Part shown: piece after piece, positions 8,787 to 19,908 of the stretch
Layout: each line of letters opens with the position of its first letter
Numbering within the stretch: the first letter of the stretch is position 1
From: Candidatus Binataceae bacterium
GTDB taxonomy: Bacteria > Desulfobacterota > Binatia > Binatales > Binataceae
Assembly (NCBI GenBank): GCA_035650475.1
Contig: DASRHP010000012.1
Coordinates: 110,059 to 174,058 of the forward strand
DNA: 64,000 nt
Direction of reading: 5' to 3'
The notes under the pieces: model-generated
The model's database searches: none
Told to the model about the DNA's origin: nothing
Seen by the model: only the letters and a program-made list of their open reading frames with translations
Position numbers and translations under genes: made by a program

Positions 8787-9370
8787 TGGCGATGGCGCGG
8801 ATCCTGATGATCGACAACTACGACTCATTCACCTACAACCTCGTGCAGTACCTGGGCGAGCTCGGGGCGGAGGTCGAAGTGCGCCGCAACGACGCGATCG
8901 ACGTCGCCGGCGTGCGCGCGCTCAAGCCCGACGCGGTCGTGATCTCGCCCGGCCCCTGCACGCCCAAAGAGGCCGGCGTTTCGGTAACGCTGCTGCGCGA
9001 GATGGCGGGCGAGTTGCCGATCCTGGGCGTCTGCCTCGGCCACCAATGCGTGGGCGAAGCCTTCGGCGGCAAAGTGGTGCGCGCGGCGCGCCTGATGCAC
9101 GGCAAGAGCTCGCCGATCCTGCACGACGGCGCGACGATCTTCGCCGGGCTGCCCAATCCGTTCGAGGCGATGCGCTACCATTCGCTGCTCGTCGCCGCCG
9201 GCTCGATTCCGGCCTGCCTCGAGGTTAGCGCGCACACTGCCGAGGGCGAGGTGATGGGCCTGCGCCATCGCACGCTCCCCATCGAGGGCATCCAGTTCCA
9301 CCCCGAGTCGATCGGCACCGCCGAGGGCAAGCATCTGCTCGGCAACTTCCTCAGGATGGTGGCCGCTTGA
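8783..9370 (+). CDS. trpG: anthranilate synthase component II (glutamine amidotransferase)
   Basis: Class I GATase: [14 protein letters not shown], catalytic GVCLGHQ, and HYHSL...IQFHPES. The start overlaps the trpE stop. Confidence 0.9.
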   Translation: MMAMARILMIDNYDSFTYNLVQYLGELGAEVEVRRNDAIDVAGVRALKPDAVVISPGPCTPKEAGVSVTLLREMAGELPILGVCLGHQCVGEAFGGKVVRAARLMHGKSSPILHDGATIFAGLPNPFEAMRYHSLLVAAGSIPACLEVSAHTAEGEVMGLRHRTLPIEGIQFHPESIGTAEGKHLLGNFLRMVAA

Positions 9371-10416
9371 ACCATCGGGACAGCGGCGCCGTCAACGATC
9401 TGCGCTCGGCGTTTGCCGCCGTGCTCGCCGGCCGCTCCCTGCGCGCGACCGAGGCTGAGTCCGCGATGGCCGAGGTGCTCGACGGCGCCGCTCCCGAGGC
9501 GCTGGTGGCCGGATTCCTCGTCGCGCTCAAGCTCAAGGGCGAGGCCGCGGGCGAGCTGACCGGCGGGGCGCGCGCGATGCGGGCGCGGGCGCGCGCGCTC
9601 GAGCTTGACGGCGGCGCGGTACTCGATACCGCGGGCACCGGCGGCGACGGCGCCGGCACGTTCAACATCTCGACCGGCGCGGCGCTGGTCGCGGCGGCGG
9701 CGGGTGTGCCGGTCGCCAAGCATGGCAATCGCGCAATAAGCGGGCGCGTCGGCGCGGCTGACGTCCTCGAACGGATGGGAGTCAGGATCGATCTCGATCC
9801 CGAGGGGCTGCGGCGATGCCTGCGCGCGGCCGGATGCTGCTTCATCTTCGCCCCGGCGTACCATCCGGCGCTCGCTCGCCTCGCCGGCCTGCGTCGGGCG
9901 CTCGGCGTGCGCACGCTGTTCAACCTGATTGCGCCGCTGAGCAATCCGGCGCGCCCGCGCCGCCAGTTGATGGGCGTGGCAGAGCCGCGGCTGGTCCGCC
10001 TGATGGCAGAGGCGCTGGCCGCGCTCGGCGTCGAGCACGCGATGGTGGTGCACGGAGCCGACGGGCTCGACGAGCTGTCGCTGGCGGGGCCGACGCGCGT
10101 CGCCGAAGTGCGCGGTACTGCGATCCACGAGTACGAGATGCGCCCGCAGCAGTTGGGAATCGAGCCGGGCGACGCGGCCGCGCTTGCGGCGGCCGATCCT
10201 GAGGCGGCGACCGAGGTTTTGCGGCGCACGCTTGCCGGCGCGCCAGGGGCGGCGCAAGATGTGCTCGCGCTCAATGCGGCGGCGGCGATTTACGTCGGCG
10301 GCCGTGCAGCGTCGCTGGAGGAGGGCGTGGCGCTGGCGCGCGCGATACTCGCCTCGGGCCGCGCGCTGGACGTGGTCGAGCGGATGCGCCGGGCGAGCCA
10401 GGGGGAGCCGGCATGA
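9367..10416 (+). CDS. trpD: anthranilate phosphoribosyltransferase
   Basis: [37 protein letters not shown] motif. A TTG start overlaps the trpG TGA. Confidence 0.9.
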   Translation: MNHRDSGAVNDLRSAFAAVLAGRSLRATEAESAMAEVLDGAAPEALVAGFLVALKLKGEAAGELTGGARAMRARARALELDGGAVLDTAGTGGDGAGTFNISTGAALVAAAAGVPVAKHGNRAISGRVGAADVLERMGVRIDLDPEGLRRCLRAAGCCFIFAPAYHPALARLAGLRRALGVRTLFNLIAPLSNPARPRRQLMGVAEPRLVRLMAEALAALGVEHAMVVHGADGLDELSLAGPTRVAEVRGTAIHEYEMRPQQLGIEPGDAAALAAADPEAATEVLRRTLAGAPGAAQDVLALNAAAAIYVGGRAASLEEGVALARAILASGRALDVVERMRRASQGEPA

Positions 10417-11246
10417 CCTCAAGTGCAACTTCAAATTCGGGCGGGGGCTCGATTCTTGACCGCATCTTCGCCGCCAAGCGCGCCGAACTCGACGCCCGGC
10501 GCGCCGCCGTTCCGCTCGCCGCGCTCCAGTCGCAGGCGCATCGCGCGTCCGCGCCGCGCGATTTCCTGGCCGCGCTGCGCGCGCGCCGGCCGGCGGTAAT
10601 CGCGGAGATAAAGCGCGCCTCGCCGAGCAAGGGCGATATTCTGACCGGCCTCGATCCGGCGGCCGTCGCAGCCGACTACGAGGCGAGCGGCGCCGCGGCC
10701 ATCTCTGTTCTGACCGATCGGCATTTTAAAGGATCGCTCGAAGATTTGCGGACGGTGCGCGCCGCCGTGAAGCTGCCGCTGCTGCGCAAGGATTTCATCT
10801 TTGATCCTTACCAGCTCCATGAAGCGCGTGCGGCCGGCGCGGACTGCGTGCTTCTAATCGCCGCGATGCTGAAAGAGGACGAGTTGCGGACGCTTTACCA
10901 GCTTGCGCGCGAGCTCGGTCTTCAAGCCCTGGTTGAGGTTCACAATGCGGGTGAAATGCGCACTGCCGAGCGCGTCGGCGCCGAACTCATTGGAATCAAC
11001 AACCGCGACCTTCATACTTTTGTCACCGACCTGGCCGTTACCGAGCGCCTGCTGGCGGACTATCGGGGCGGCGCGCTGGTGGTTGCCGAGAGCGGAATCA
11101 ACGCGCCGGCCGATATTCGCCGCCTCGACCGCGCCGGCGCGCGCGCTTTCCTGATCGGCGAGAGCCTGCTGCGCGGCGGCAATCCGCGCGCGCGGCTCGC
11201 CGAGCTGTGCGCGGCGCTCGACCATCGCGCGGACCGCGAGAGCTAG
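10413..11246 (+). CDS. trpC: indole-3-glycerol phosphate synthase
   Basis: IAEIKRASPSKGDI and the TIM-barrel IGPS signature. ATGA overlap with trpD. Confidence 0.9.
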   Translation: MTSSATSNSGGGSILDRIFAAKRAELDARRAAVPLAALQSQAHRASAPRDFLAALRARRPAVIAEIKRASPSKGDILTGLDPAAVAADYEASGAAAISVLTDRHFKGSLEDLRTVRAAVKLPLLRKDFIFDPYQLHEARAAGADCVLLIAAMLKEDELRTLYQLARELGLQALVEVHNAGEMRTAERVGAELIGINNRDLHTFVTDLAVTERLLADYRGGALVVAESGINAPADIRRLDRAGARAFLIGESLLRGGNPRARLAELCAALDHRADRES

Positions 11247-11258
11247 GGCAGGGGCGCG

Positions 11259-11870
11259 ATGGGGGTACGGGTCAAGATTTGCGGCGTCACGCTGCCCGAA
11301 GACGCCGACATGGCGGCGAGCCTCGGCGCCGACATGATCGGAATCAACTTCTATCCGCCGAGCCCGCGATGCCTCCCGATCGAGCGCGCCGCGCAGGTCG
11401 TTGACGCAGTCGGCCGGCGCGCGCGGTTGGTCGGCGTTTTCGTCAACGCCGAGCGGGCCTACATCCGGGAACGGCTCGACGCACTGGGGCTCGACCTTTT
11501 GCAATTCCACGGCGACGAGGACGACGACGCGCTTGCGGGATGGCCGGTGCCGGTGATCCGCGCGCTCAGACTGCGCGGCAGCTCCGAGCCGCCCGCGCTC
11601 GCTTCGGTCAAGGCCGATTATGTTCTAGTAGACACGTTCCATCCCGCCCTCTACGGCGGGACCGGCCGCGCGCGCCCGCTTCAGAGCCTGCACGGCCTCG
11701 ATCTCAAGCGGGTATTCATTTCGGGCGGGCTCACGCCGGACAACGTCGCCGAGGCGGCCGCGCTCAGGCCGTACGCGGTGGATGTTGCCAGCGGCGTCGA
11801 GTCTGCGCCGGGGGTCAAGGATCCGGATAAACTCAGGAGCTTTGTCGCGAATGCAAAATCTTCCAGATAG
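11259..11870 (+). CDS. trpF: phosphoribosylanthranilate isomerase
   Basis: [11 protein letters not shown]...[14 protein letters not shown] is a PRAI signature. Confidence 0.85.
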   Translation: MGVRVKICGVTLPEDADMAASLGADMIGINFYPPSPRCLPIERAAQVVDAVGRRARLVGVFVNAERAYIRERLDALGLDLLQFHGDEDDDALAGWPVPVIRALRLRGSSEPPALASVKADYVLVDTFHPALYGGTGRARPLQSLHGLDLKRVFISGGLTPDNVAEAAALRPYAVDVASGVESAPGVKDPDKLRSFVANAKSSR

Positions 11871-13044
11871 GCACGGGCACTTCGGCGAGTTCGGCGGTCG
11901 TTATGTCGCCGAGACCCTGATGCCTGCGCTGGTCGAGCTGGAACGCGCTTACCGGGTCGCGCGGCGCGACCCGGCCTTCCGCGCCGATTTGCAGCGCTAC
12001 TCGCGCGAGTACGTGGGACGTCCGACGCCGCTTTATTTTGCGGCCAATCTGACCACCCGGTTGGGCGGCGCGAAAATTTATCTGAAACGTGAAGATCTCT
12101 GCCACACCGGCGCGCACAAGGTGAACAACACGCTCGGCCAGGCGCTGCTCGCCGTGCGGATGGGCAAGTCGCGGATCACGGCCGAGACCGGCGCCGGCCA
12201 GCATGGCGTGGCAACCGCCACGATGGCGGCGCTCTTCCAGCGCCAGTGCGAGGTCTTCATGGGCAGCCTCGACGTCGAGCGCCAGTCGCTCAACGTCTTT
12301 CGGATGAAACTGCTCGGGGCCAAGGTCACCGCGGTGGACGCCGGCAGCCGCAGCCTCAAGGACGCGCTCAACGAGGCGCTGCGCGACTGGATCGCGACCG
12401 TGCGCGACACCTACTACCTGATCGGCACCGCCGCCGGGCCGCATCCGTACCCGATGATCGTGCGCGACTTCCAGTCGGTGATCGGGCGCGAGGCACGCCG
12501 TCAGATTCTCCAATACGAGGGTCGGCTGCCCGACGCACTGGTCGCGTGCGTCAACGGCGGCTCCAACGCGATCGGGCTTTTCTACCCGTTTATCCGCGAC
12601 CACCAGGTGCGCATGTACGGCGTCGAAGCCGGCGGGCTCGGGCTCAACGGAGCGGCGCACGCCGCGACGCTGAATGCCGGCAGCGTCGGTGTGCTGCACG
12701 GCAATCGTACCTACCTGTTGCAGGACGAGCTCGGGCAGGTTCGCGAAACCCACTCGATCGCCGCCGGCTTGGATTACCCGGGCGTCGGCCCCGAGCACGC
12801 ATGGCTCAAGGAGGTCGGCCGCGCGCAATACTTCACAGTGACCGACGCCGAGGCGCTCGAAGCCCTGCGCCTGCTCGCCGAGAGCGAGGGCATCATCCCG
12901 GCGCTGGAAAGCGCGCACGCGGTTGCTTACGCGGCGCGGGTCGCGCCGACGATGGCGAAAGACCGGGTTATAGTGGTCAACCTCTCCGGGCGCGGCGACA
13001 AGGATATGCAGACCGTCGCGCGCGCATTGGGCGTGACGCCGTGA
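11851..13044 (+). CDS. trpB: tryptophan synthase beta chain
   Basis: [17 protein letters not shown] and a PLP-binding HTGAHKVNN motif. The likely start is the ATG at 11851, overlapping the trpF end. Confidence 0.9.
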   Translation: MQNLPDRHGHFGEFGGRYVAETLMPALVELERAYRVARRDPAFRADLQRYSREYVGRPTPLYFAANLTTRLGGAKIYLKREDLCHTGAHKVNNTLGQALLAVRMGKSRITAETGAGQHGVATATMAALFQRQCEVFMGSLDVERQSLNVFRMKLLGAKVTAVDAGSRSLKDALNEALRDWIATVRDTYYLIGTAAGPHPYPMIVRDFQSVIGREARRQILQYEGRLPDALVACVNGGSNAIGLFYPFIRDHQVRMYGVEAGGLGLNGAAHAATLNAGSVGVLHGNRTYLLQDELGQVRETHSIAAGLDYPGVGPEHAWLKEVGRAQYFTVTDAEALEALRLLAESEGIIPALESAHAVAYAARVAPTMAKDRVIVVNLSGRGDKDMQTVARALGVTP

Positions 13045-13054
13045 GGGCGATACG

Positions 13055-13948
13055 ATGAGCGAGCGAGCGACGAGCGAAGGCGCCGCGGGCACCATGCCCA
13101 AAGCGTCCGCAATCGGGCGCGGGCGGATCGCGCGCAAGTTCGCCGAGCTGCGCACGCGCAACGAGGCCGCGCTGGTGCCCTTCATCGTCGCCGGCGACCC
13201 CAGCCTCGACGCGACGCGCGCGCTGGTGCGCGAGTTTCAGGCGCGCGGCGCCGACCTTATCGAGCTCGGTGTGCCGTTCTCGGATCCTACCGCCGACGGC
13301 CCCGCCAACCAGCGCGCGATCGCGCGCGGGCTTGCCTCGGGAGCGTCGCTGACCGCGATCCTGGCAACGGTCGGCGAGCTGCGGCGCGAAACCGAAATTC
13401 CGATCATCCTGTACGGCTACTACAATCCGATCCTGCGCTACGGATGCGAGCGGCTGTGCGTCGATGCCGCGCGCGCCGGCGTTGACGGGTTGCTGGTCGT
13501 CGATTTGCCACCCGAGGAGGCGGGCGAACTGGCGCGCCCGGCCCACGCTCATGGGCTCGACCTGATCTATCTGCTCGCGCCGACCACGCCCGCCGACCGT
13601 GCCCGGCGGACCGCTCGCGTGGGCAGCGGCTTTCTCTATTACGTCTCGGTCACCGGAGTGACCGGCGCTCGGACCAGCCTCGCGGTCGATCTCGAGGAAC
13701 GCGTGCGCGCGCTGCGCGCCATGACCAAACTCCCGGTGGGCGTCGGATTTGGAATCTCGACACCCGAACAGGCGGCGGCGGTTGCCGTCTTCGCTGACGC
13801 GGTGGTGGTTGGCAGCGCGCTTTCGTTGATAATCGAGCGCGAGGGCGCCGGCTCCGGGCTCCCCGCGGCGGTGGGCGAACTGGTAGGTGCGATGAAGGCC
13901 GCGATGCGCGCGGCGCGCGCCCGCGCCGAGGCCGCGGCGCAAGGCTGA
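13055..13948 (+). CDS. trpA: tryptophan synthase alpha chain
   Basis: ALVPFIVAGDP, LGVPFSDPTADGP and GFGISTPEQA motifs. Confidence 0.9.
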   Translation: MSERATSEGAAGTMPKASAIGRGRIARKFAELRTRNEAALVPFIVAGDPSLDATRALVREFQARGADLIELGVPFSDPTADGPANQRAIARGLASGASLTAILATVGELRRETEIPIILYGYYNPILRYGCERLCVDAARAGVDGLLVVDLPPEEAGELARPAHAHGLDLIYLLAPTTPADRARRTARVGSGFLYYVSVTGVTGARTSLAVDLEERVRALRAMTKLPVGVGFGISTPEQAAAVAVFADAVVVGSALSLIIEREGAGSGLPAAVGELVGAMKAAMRAARARAEAAAQG

Positions 13949-13980
13949 GCTAGGGGCCGATGGCGGCGGAGGGTTGAACG

Positions 13981-14847
13981 ATGGGCGAACGGACGCATAG
14001 CGAGCAGCCAAGCGCAGCCCAGGCCGCGGCAGCCGCGGAAGATTTGTGGATCAAATGTCCCGGATGCCGCGAGATCGCGTTTCGCAAGGAGGTCGAGCGT
14101 AATCTCAACGTCTGCCTCAAGTGCGGCTTCCATCATCGCCTCACGGTCGAGCAGCGGCTGGCGATCACGCTCGACCGCGGCACTTGGCGCGAGCTCTTCG
14201 CCGAGATAGCGGCCGGCGATCCGCTCCAGTTTCGCGATTCCAAGCCCTATCCGGAGCGGCTCGCGCAGGCCCAGCGCGCCTGCGGGCGCAACGACGCCGT
14301 CGTCACCGGCGTGGGCAAGATCGAGGGCCAGGCGCTCGCGCTTGGGGTGATGGACTTCAACTTCATGGGCGGGAGCATGGGCACGGCGGTGGGGGAGAAA
14401 CTTTTTCGGCTCGTCGAGCACGCGCTCGCGCGGGGCCTGCCGGTGGTGATCTTTTGCGCCTCCGGGGGCGCGCGGATGCAGGAGGGTGCGCTCTCGCTGA
14501 TGCAGATGGCAAAGGTGGCGGGCGCGCTGGGTCGCTTGCGCGACGCTTGCCTGCCCTATTTTTCGGTGATGTGCGACCCGACCACGGGCGGGGTGGCGGC
14601 GTCGTTTGCGATGCTCGGTGACCTCAACCTGTCCGAGCCGGGCGCCCTGATCGGCTTTGCCGGGCGGCGGGTAATTGAGCAGACCACCAACCAGGTGCTA
14701 CCCGAGGGGTTCCAGCGCGCCGAGTTTCTGCTTGCGCACGGGATGCTCGACGCGATCGTGCCGCGCGCGGAGATGCGCGCGACGCTCGCCCGGTTGCTGA
14801 CGATGCTCACCGCGCGCCCGCGCCGCCGCCGGAGCACGGCGGCCTAG
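13981..14847 (+). CDS. accD: acetyl-CoA carboxylase carboxyltransferase subunit beta
   Basis: N-terminal Zn ribbon (CPGC...CLKCGFHHR) and a carboxyltransferase domain (MGGSMGTAVGEK). Conserved trpA-accD-folC synteny. Confidence 0.9.
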   Translation: MGERTHSEQPSAAQAAAAAEDLWIKCPGCREIAFRKEVERNLNVCLKCGFHHRLTVEQRLAITLDRGTWRELFAEIAAGDPLQFRDSKPYPERLAQAQRACGRNDAVVTGVGKIEGQALALGVMDFNFMGGSMGTAVGEKLFRLVEHALARGLPVVIFCASGGARMQEGALSLMQMAKVAGALGRLRDACLPYFSVMCDPTTGGVAASFAMLGDLNLSEPGALIGFAGRRVIEQTTNQVLPEGFQRAEFLLAHGMLDAIVPRAEMRATLARLLTMLTARPRRRRSTAA

Positions 14848-14956
14848 CGTTCAGCGCTCCGGCAGCCGGACGCAGGGCGGCGTAAGATCGGGAGCCATTA
14901 AGCGGTCACATTACCTTTAGGCTTCCGCGCGCGCTTCGGGCTAGAATTCAGCCGCG

Positions 14957-16267
14957 ATGGAACGGATGTCCCGGACGCTGGAGTGGCTCTACTCGCTCGA
15001 AGGGCGGGGCGAGATCTACAAGCTCGAGCGGATGGACCAGGCGTTGGCGCTGATCGGCGATCCCCACCGCCGCCTGCGCGCGGTCCATATCGCGGGCACC
15101 AAGGGCAAAGGCTCGGTGGCCGCGATGCTCGACGCGGTGCTGCGTGCCGCGGGGCTGCGAGTCGGGCTTTACACCAAGCCGCACCTGGTCCAGCTGACCG
15201 AGCGCACGCGAATCGACGGCGCCGAGATGCCCGCGCGGATGATGCTCGAGTATATCGAGCGGCTGCGTGTGATTTACGAACGCGCGGGGCTGGCGCTGAC
15301 CTTCTTCGAGTTCACGGTTGCCCTGATGTTCCTGTACTTCGCCGAGGCCGGGGTCGATATTGCGGTTATCGAGACCGGGCTTGGCGGGCGGCTCGACTCG
15401 ACCAACGTCGTGACGCCGCTGGTGAGCGTGATAACGCCGATCGGGTTCGACCATATGGACCGTCTCGGCTATACCATCTCGGCAATCGCGGCGGAGAAGG
15501 GCGGGATCATCAAGCCCGGCGTGCCGGTGGTGATCGGCGCGCGCGACCCCGAGGCGCGGACCGTGTTGACTTCGATCGCCACCCAGCGCCGCAGCGCTGT
15601 CCGGCTTATCGAGCGCGACTTTACTTATTGTTCACATTCCCCTGCTCATCGGCTTGACTATTCCGGTCTGGGGCTTAACCTTGAGCAAGTTGAGCTGGGG
15701 GTAGCCGGGCCATTTCAGCACGAGAACGCCGCCATCGCCTTGGCGGCGCTCGAGGCCCTTCGGGCGCTGGGTTGGCGGTTGGAGGAGGGGGCGATACGGC
15801 AGGGGCTCAATGCGGTGCGCTGGCCGGGGCGGTTCGACGTGGTATCGCGCCGGCCGCAGGTCATCCTGGATTGCGCGCACAACGAACTCAGCATCAGCGC
15901 CCTGCTCGAAACGGTCGCGATGGAGCTCGGACCGGCGGTCAGGCCGCGCCTGATCTTCGGCTGTCTCGAGGACAAGCAGTGGGCGAAAATGGCGGCGATG
16001 CTCGCACCGCGCGTGCGCGACGCGACCCTGACGCGGGTTCAGCCCAAGCGTCCGCTGGAGCCGGAAAACCTGCTGCCGCTGTTCGCCGCGCAGGTTCCCG
16101 CGCGCGTAATCCGCGAGCCGTTGCGCGCGCTGGAGCGGGTAATGGGCGAGAGCGGCCCCGACGACGTTATACTGGTGACCGGCTCGGTCTACCTGGTGGG
16201 CGAAGTCTATCCCTATTTTCTCAGGCGGCAGGGCAGGCGGGGGTTGTTTCCTGAAGCTGCAATCTAA
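14957..16267 (+). CDS. folC: bifunctional folylpolyglutamate synthase / dihydrofolate synthase
   Basis: Mur ligase family with a HIAGTKGKGS P-loop. It sits at the conserved position after accD. Confidence 0.85.
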   Translation: MERMSRTLEWLYSLEGRGEIYKLERMDQALALIGDPHRRLRAVHIAGTKGKGSVAAMLDAVLRAAGLRVGLYTKPHLVQLTERTRIDGAEMPARMMLEYIERLRVIYERAGLALTFFEFTVALMFLYFAEAGVDIAVIETGLGGRLDSTNVVTPLVSVITPIGFDHMDRLGYTISAIAAEKGGIIKPGVPVVIGARDPEARTVLTSIATQRRSAVRLIERDFTYCSHSPAHRLDYSGLGLNLEQVELGVAGPFQHENAAIALAALEALRALGWRLEEGAIRQGLNAVRWPGRFDVVSRRPQVILDCAHNELSISALLETVAMELGPAVRPRLIFGCLEDKQWAKMAAMLAPRVRDATLTRVQPKRPLEPENLLPLFAAQVPARVIREPLRALERVMGESGPDDVILVTGSVYLVGEVYPYFLRRQGRRGLFPEAAI

Positions 16268-16289
16268 AGCGCTGGGCCTGGCGGCTGCG

Positions 16290-18674
16290 ATGTTCGCAGC
16301 GGGTGCGCTCGCTGCGTCCGCGGCGCGCGCTCAAAACCAGACCTCGCTTATCCTCCAGGCCCATCACGGCCCGGTCGACGTCACCGCGCGCCGGTTCGAG
16401 TACGATTACAAGACCGATACCTTCGTGGCGACCGGCGACGCCGTGGTCACCCAGGCGGCGAGCACGCTGAGCGCCGACCGCATTGAGCTCCTACGCCGCC
16501 AGCATCGCGCAGCCGCCTACGGCAACGTCCACCTCAATGATCCTCTCGGCGATCTGTTCGGTTCCGAGGCCAAGGTCGATTACGCCAACGAGACCGCCGA
16601 GCTGACCGACGGCAAGCTGATTGCCTCGAACCACACCTACCGGCTGAGCGGTAAGAAGATCTACAAGTTGCTCGGCCAGCGCTACAAGGTGACCGACGGC
16701 TTCTTTACGACCTGCGGCTGCGGCGGCGATACTCCGGACTGGTCGATCTCCGGGGCCGACATCGACGTGCACGTCGGCGACAAGGGCGTAGCGCGCAACG
16801 CGCATTTCGACGTGTTGGGCCATCCGGTGATTCCGCTGCCCTACGCGATATTCCCGACCGATACCTCGCGCAGCAGCGGGTTTCTGAGCCCGCGGGTCGG
16901 GACCTCGGGGCTGCGCGGCTTCCAGTACGTGCAGCCGTTCTACTGGGCGATCGACAAGAGCTCCGACTTCACGATCGCCTCCGACGTGGAGACCAAGATG
17001 CGCGTCGGCGCACTTGCCGAATACCGCCTGCAGAACGGCGACGACGACTACCTGCGAGTGGACGGCGCGTTCATGGACGAGAGCCTGCGCTCGCAAGCGA
17101 GCCGAGTCGGCGACGTTATCGACAACCAGATCGCCGACCCCCACATCCCGATCAATCGCTACGACATCATCGGCACCCTGCGCCAGCATCTGACGCCCGA
17201 GCTCACCGCCTACGCCGACGCCATCTCGGTCAGCGACAGCCTCTACCTGCGCGAGATGAATATCTGGACGCTCTCGCGCGGCTTCGGCAACAGCTACAAC
17301 ACGATGCGCAACGCGCCGGCCGACTTCGGGGTCATCGACAGCTTCGAAAACGGCTTCGCACGCCTGGGCGGAGTGTGGAACCAGGACCTCATCCAGCCCC
17401 AGGAATTCGCCCTACAGACGCTGCCTGAGCTGCTGGTGAGCGGGCGCAAGGAGCTGTTTGGCGGCTTCGCGTATGCCGACTACAACTTGCAGGCGGACAA
17501 CTTTTGGCGCTCCGAGGGCGTAACCGGCACGCGGCTCGATCTCAACCCACAACTGACGGTACCGTGGCGGCTGGGCGACTACCTCTACGGATGGGGCGGG
17601 CTCGGGATGCACGAGACGGTGTACGACGTCTCGGGTCACGAGATCGCGGTCACTCCGGTGGGCACCCAGGGATTGAAGTACAACAATGCGCTGTCGCGCG
17701 GGGTGCTGGAGCAGGGCGGGATGTTCTCGCGTGAGCTGCCCTACGCCAATTTCGGCGCCAGCACCATTATCGAGAGAATCTACGACGTCAACTGGAAATC
17801 GATCAGCAAGCTTAAGCACACGATCGAGCCCTTCGTTTATTACAACTTTGTTCCGAACATCGACCAGAACGACCTGCCGCTGTTCGACGAGATCGATCGG
17901 ATAAACGGGCGCAGCCTTCTGACCTATGGCGCGACCTCGCGGATCTTTATCCGTTCCGCGCCGCAGGTTTTCACTAACGACACCAGCGCGGGAGAAAGCG
18001 ACGAAGAGCAGCCGGTCGCCGCGGCAGGCGTCGGTCCGAAGGCCGGGATGGTCCGGCAGATCGCCGAATTCCAGCTCCTGCAGGCCTACGACACCAGTCA
18101 CGCGGTCGCCAAGGGCGGCTCGCGCTGGTCCGATCTTCAGGCGACCGCCTTCGTGACGCCGCCCGGGGTGTCGTCGTCGATCGGCTCGCAACTGGGCTAC
18201 GACCCGCGCGAAAACCGGATCAGCTACTCCAGCGTCTATCTGACCTTGCAGCCGCCCGGCTCGGCGGCCGCGCCGAGCCTCTACATGGGCCGCGCACTGA
18301 TGGGTTCTTTCCTCCAGATCTCCTACAACTATATCGCGCCCGGCCCGAGCGCGCTGGAACCGGGCGTCAACTCGAACTTTTTCGAGTTTTTTACCTTGCG
18401 CGCCTACTACGATCTGTTCGACCGGCTCGGCGTCTTCGTCGCTCCCTCCTATGACATCGTTCACGGCAAGCTGCTCTCGGCCGAGTACGGTGTGCGCGTC
18501 AAGTCGCCGTGCAACTGCTGGGCGGTTGACGTCGGTGTGACCAAGTCGACCAACCCCGACGAGACGGCTGTCCAGTTCATGGTGACGCTGGGCGGGATCG
18601 GCTCGGTGGGCCAGAACCCCTTCGGCCGCAGCCCCTTCCAGCATCCGGTCGGACCGCTGCCCGGCCTCTACTAG
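16290..18674 (+). CDS. lptD: LPS-assembly protein LptD
   Basis: 794 aa with a signal peptide, an N-terminal OstA/LptD domain (DTFVATGDAVVTQ...ADRIELL) and a large C-terminal beta-barrel domain. Confidence 0.85.
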   Translation: MFAAGALAASAARAQNQTSLILQAHHGPVDVTARRFEYDYKTDTFVATGDAVVTQAASTLSADRIELLRRQHRAAAYGNVHLNDPLGDLFGSEAKVDYANETAELTDGKLIASNHTYRLSGKKIYKLLGQRYKVTDGFFTTCGCGGDTPDWSISGADIDVHVGDKGVARNAHFDVLGHPVIPLPYAIFPTDTSRSSGFLSPRVGTSGLRGFQYVQPFYWAIDKSSDFTIASDVETKMRVGALAEYRLQNGDDDYLRVDGAFMDESLRSQASRVGDVIDNQIADPHIPINRYDIIGTLRQHLTPELTAYADAISVSDSLYLREMNIWTLSRGFGNSYNTMRNAPADFGVIDSFENGFARLGGVWNQDLIQPQEFALQTLPELLVSGRKELFGGFAYADYNLQADNFWRSEGVTGTRLDLNPQLTVPWRLGDYLYGWGGLGMHETVYDVSGHEIAVTPVGTQGLKYNNALSRGVLEQGGMFSRELPYANFGASTIIERIYDVNWKSISKLKHTIEPFVYYNFVPNIDQNDLPLFDEIDRINGRSLLTYGATSRIFIRSAPQVFTNDTSAGESDEEQPVAAAGVGPKAGMVRQIAEFQLLQAYDTSHAVAKGGSRWSDLQATAFVTPPGVSSSIGSQLGYDPRENRISYSSVYLTLQPPGSAAAPSLYMGRALMGSFLQISYNYIAPGPSALEPGVNSNFFEFFTLRAYYDLFDRLGVFVAPSYDIVHGKLLSAEYGVRVKSPCNCWAVDVGVTKSTNPDETAVQFMVTLGGIGSVGQNPFGRSPFQHPVGPLPGLY

Positions 18675-18812
18675 CCGCCCGTTCGAAGCAACCCCGGCGG
18701 CCGCGCCGGCGCCGGCGCCGAGGTACGCTCTTGCGGCGGCTTCGCTCCGAACGTTATAGCCATATCGTCAGACCGGCGTGCCGCCGACGGCGGCGCCCGC
18801 AATGAAGCAAAG

Positions 18813-19886
18813 ATGGAAACACACGAAAAGACCGGGCCCTCGGCCACGATCGACGTCGAAGGGCTGCGCCGCTTCCTGCGCGATCAGAAGCTCGGCGACG
18901 CCGACGACCTGCGCTGCGAGAACATCTCCTTCGGCCACTCCAACGAAGTTCACCTGATCCACTTTGAGGGCCATTCATGGGCGCTGCGCCGCCCGCCGCG
19001 CGGACCGTTGCTCCCCACCGCGCACGACGTGCTGCGCGAGTACCGCGTACTCAAGGCGCTCCAGCCCACGCCAGTGCCGATCCCGCGGGTGTACGCCGCC
19101 TGCGACGACTCCGCTTACATCGGCGCGCCGTTCTACCTGATGGAGTACATGCGCGGCAGCGTGATCCGCTCCGGGCTCATCCCGTCGGCCGAGAAGAGCT
19201 TCGCCGACACGCCGGAGCGCCGGCGCGCGATCAGCGAGGGCATCATCGACCTTCTGGTTGCGCTCCAGACAGTGGACTGGCGCGCGGTCGGCCTGGAAGG
19301 CTTCGGCCGCCCCGACGGCTATCTCGAGCGCCAGCTGCGCCGCTGGATCGACCAGCTCGACCGGACCCTGCCGCTGACGCGCCCGCTGCCGCTGATGGCG
19401 GAGATACGCGACTGGCTCAAGCAGCACTTTCCGGCCTCGCCGCCACCCACGATCGTGCATGGCGATTTCAAGCTCGACAACGTGATGTGGGATCCCAGCG
19501 GCGCGCGCCCGCGGGTCATCGCGCTGTTCGACTGGGAGATGTCCACCATCGGCGATCCGCTCGCCGACCTCGGGTGGATGCTCACCTACTGGAGCGACCA
19601 GCGCGACAGCGAGGAGCGCCGCGCGGTGGTTTCGAGCATGGAGGTCGCGCCGGGCTATCTGAGCCGGGCCGAGATGGCCGAGCTATACCGCGAGCAGGCG
19701 GGCCGCGCGATGACCGACTTCACGTTTTACGAAGTGTTCTCGCTCTTCAAGCTGGCGATCATCCTGGAAGGCAGCTACTCACGCTACCTGCGCGGGCAGG
19801 CCGACGACCCGATGTTCGCGACCTATGACACGCGCGTGCCGGGGATCGCGCAGGTCGCATGGGAGATCTGCCGCGCTGCGCGCTGA
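18813..19886 (+). CDS. phosphotransferase (APH/choline-kinase) family protein, possibly an AmgK-like sugar kinase
   Basis: Brenner motif HGDFKLDNVMWD and a DWE metal-binding motif. It is the same-strand neighbour of lptD, the position where AmgK sits in pseudomonads. Confidence 0.6.
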   Translation: METHEKTGPSATIDVEGLRRFLRDQKLGDADDLRCENISFGHSNEVHLIHFEGHSWALRRPPRGPLLPTAHDVLREYRVLKALQPTPVPIPRVYAACDDSAYIGAPFYLMEYMRGSVIRSGLIPSAEKSFADTPERRRAISEGIIDLLVALQTVDWRAVGLEGFGRPDGYLERQLRRWIDQLDRTLPLTRPLPLMAEIRDWLKQHFPASPPPTIVHGDFKLDNVMWDPSGARPRVIALFDWEMSTIGDPLADLGWMLTYWSDQRDSEERRAVVSSMEVAPGYLSRAEMAELYREQAGRAMTDFTFYEVFSLFKLAIILEGSYSRYLRGQADDPMFATYDTRVPGIAQVAWEICRAAR

Positions 19887-19908
19887 GCCCGCCGCCCGGT
19901 TGTGTCCA

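Noticed and set aside
7287-8828. 513-aa minus-strand ORF
   Set aside because: Antisense to trpE. No recognisable domains. Arg/Ala/Gly-rich low-complexity translation typical of GC-rich shadow frames.
11833-13185. 450-aa minus-strand ORF
   Set aside because: Antisense to trpB/trpA.
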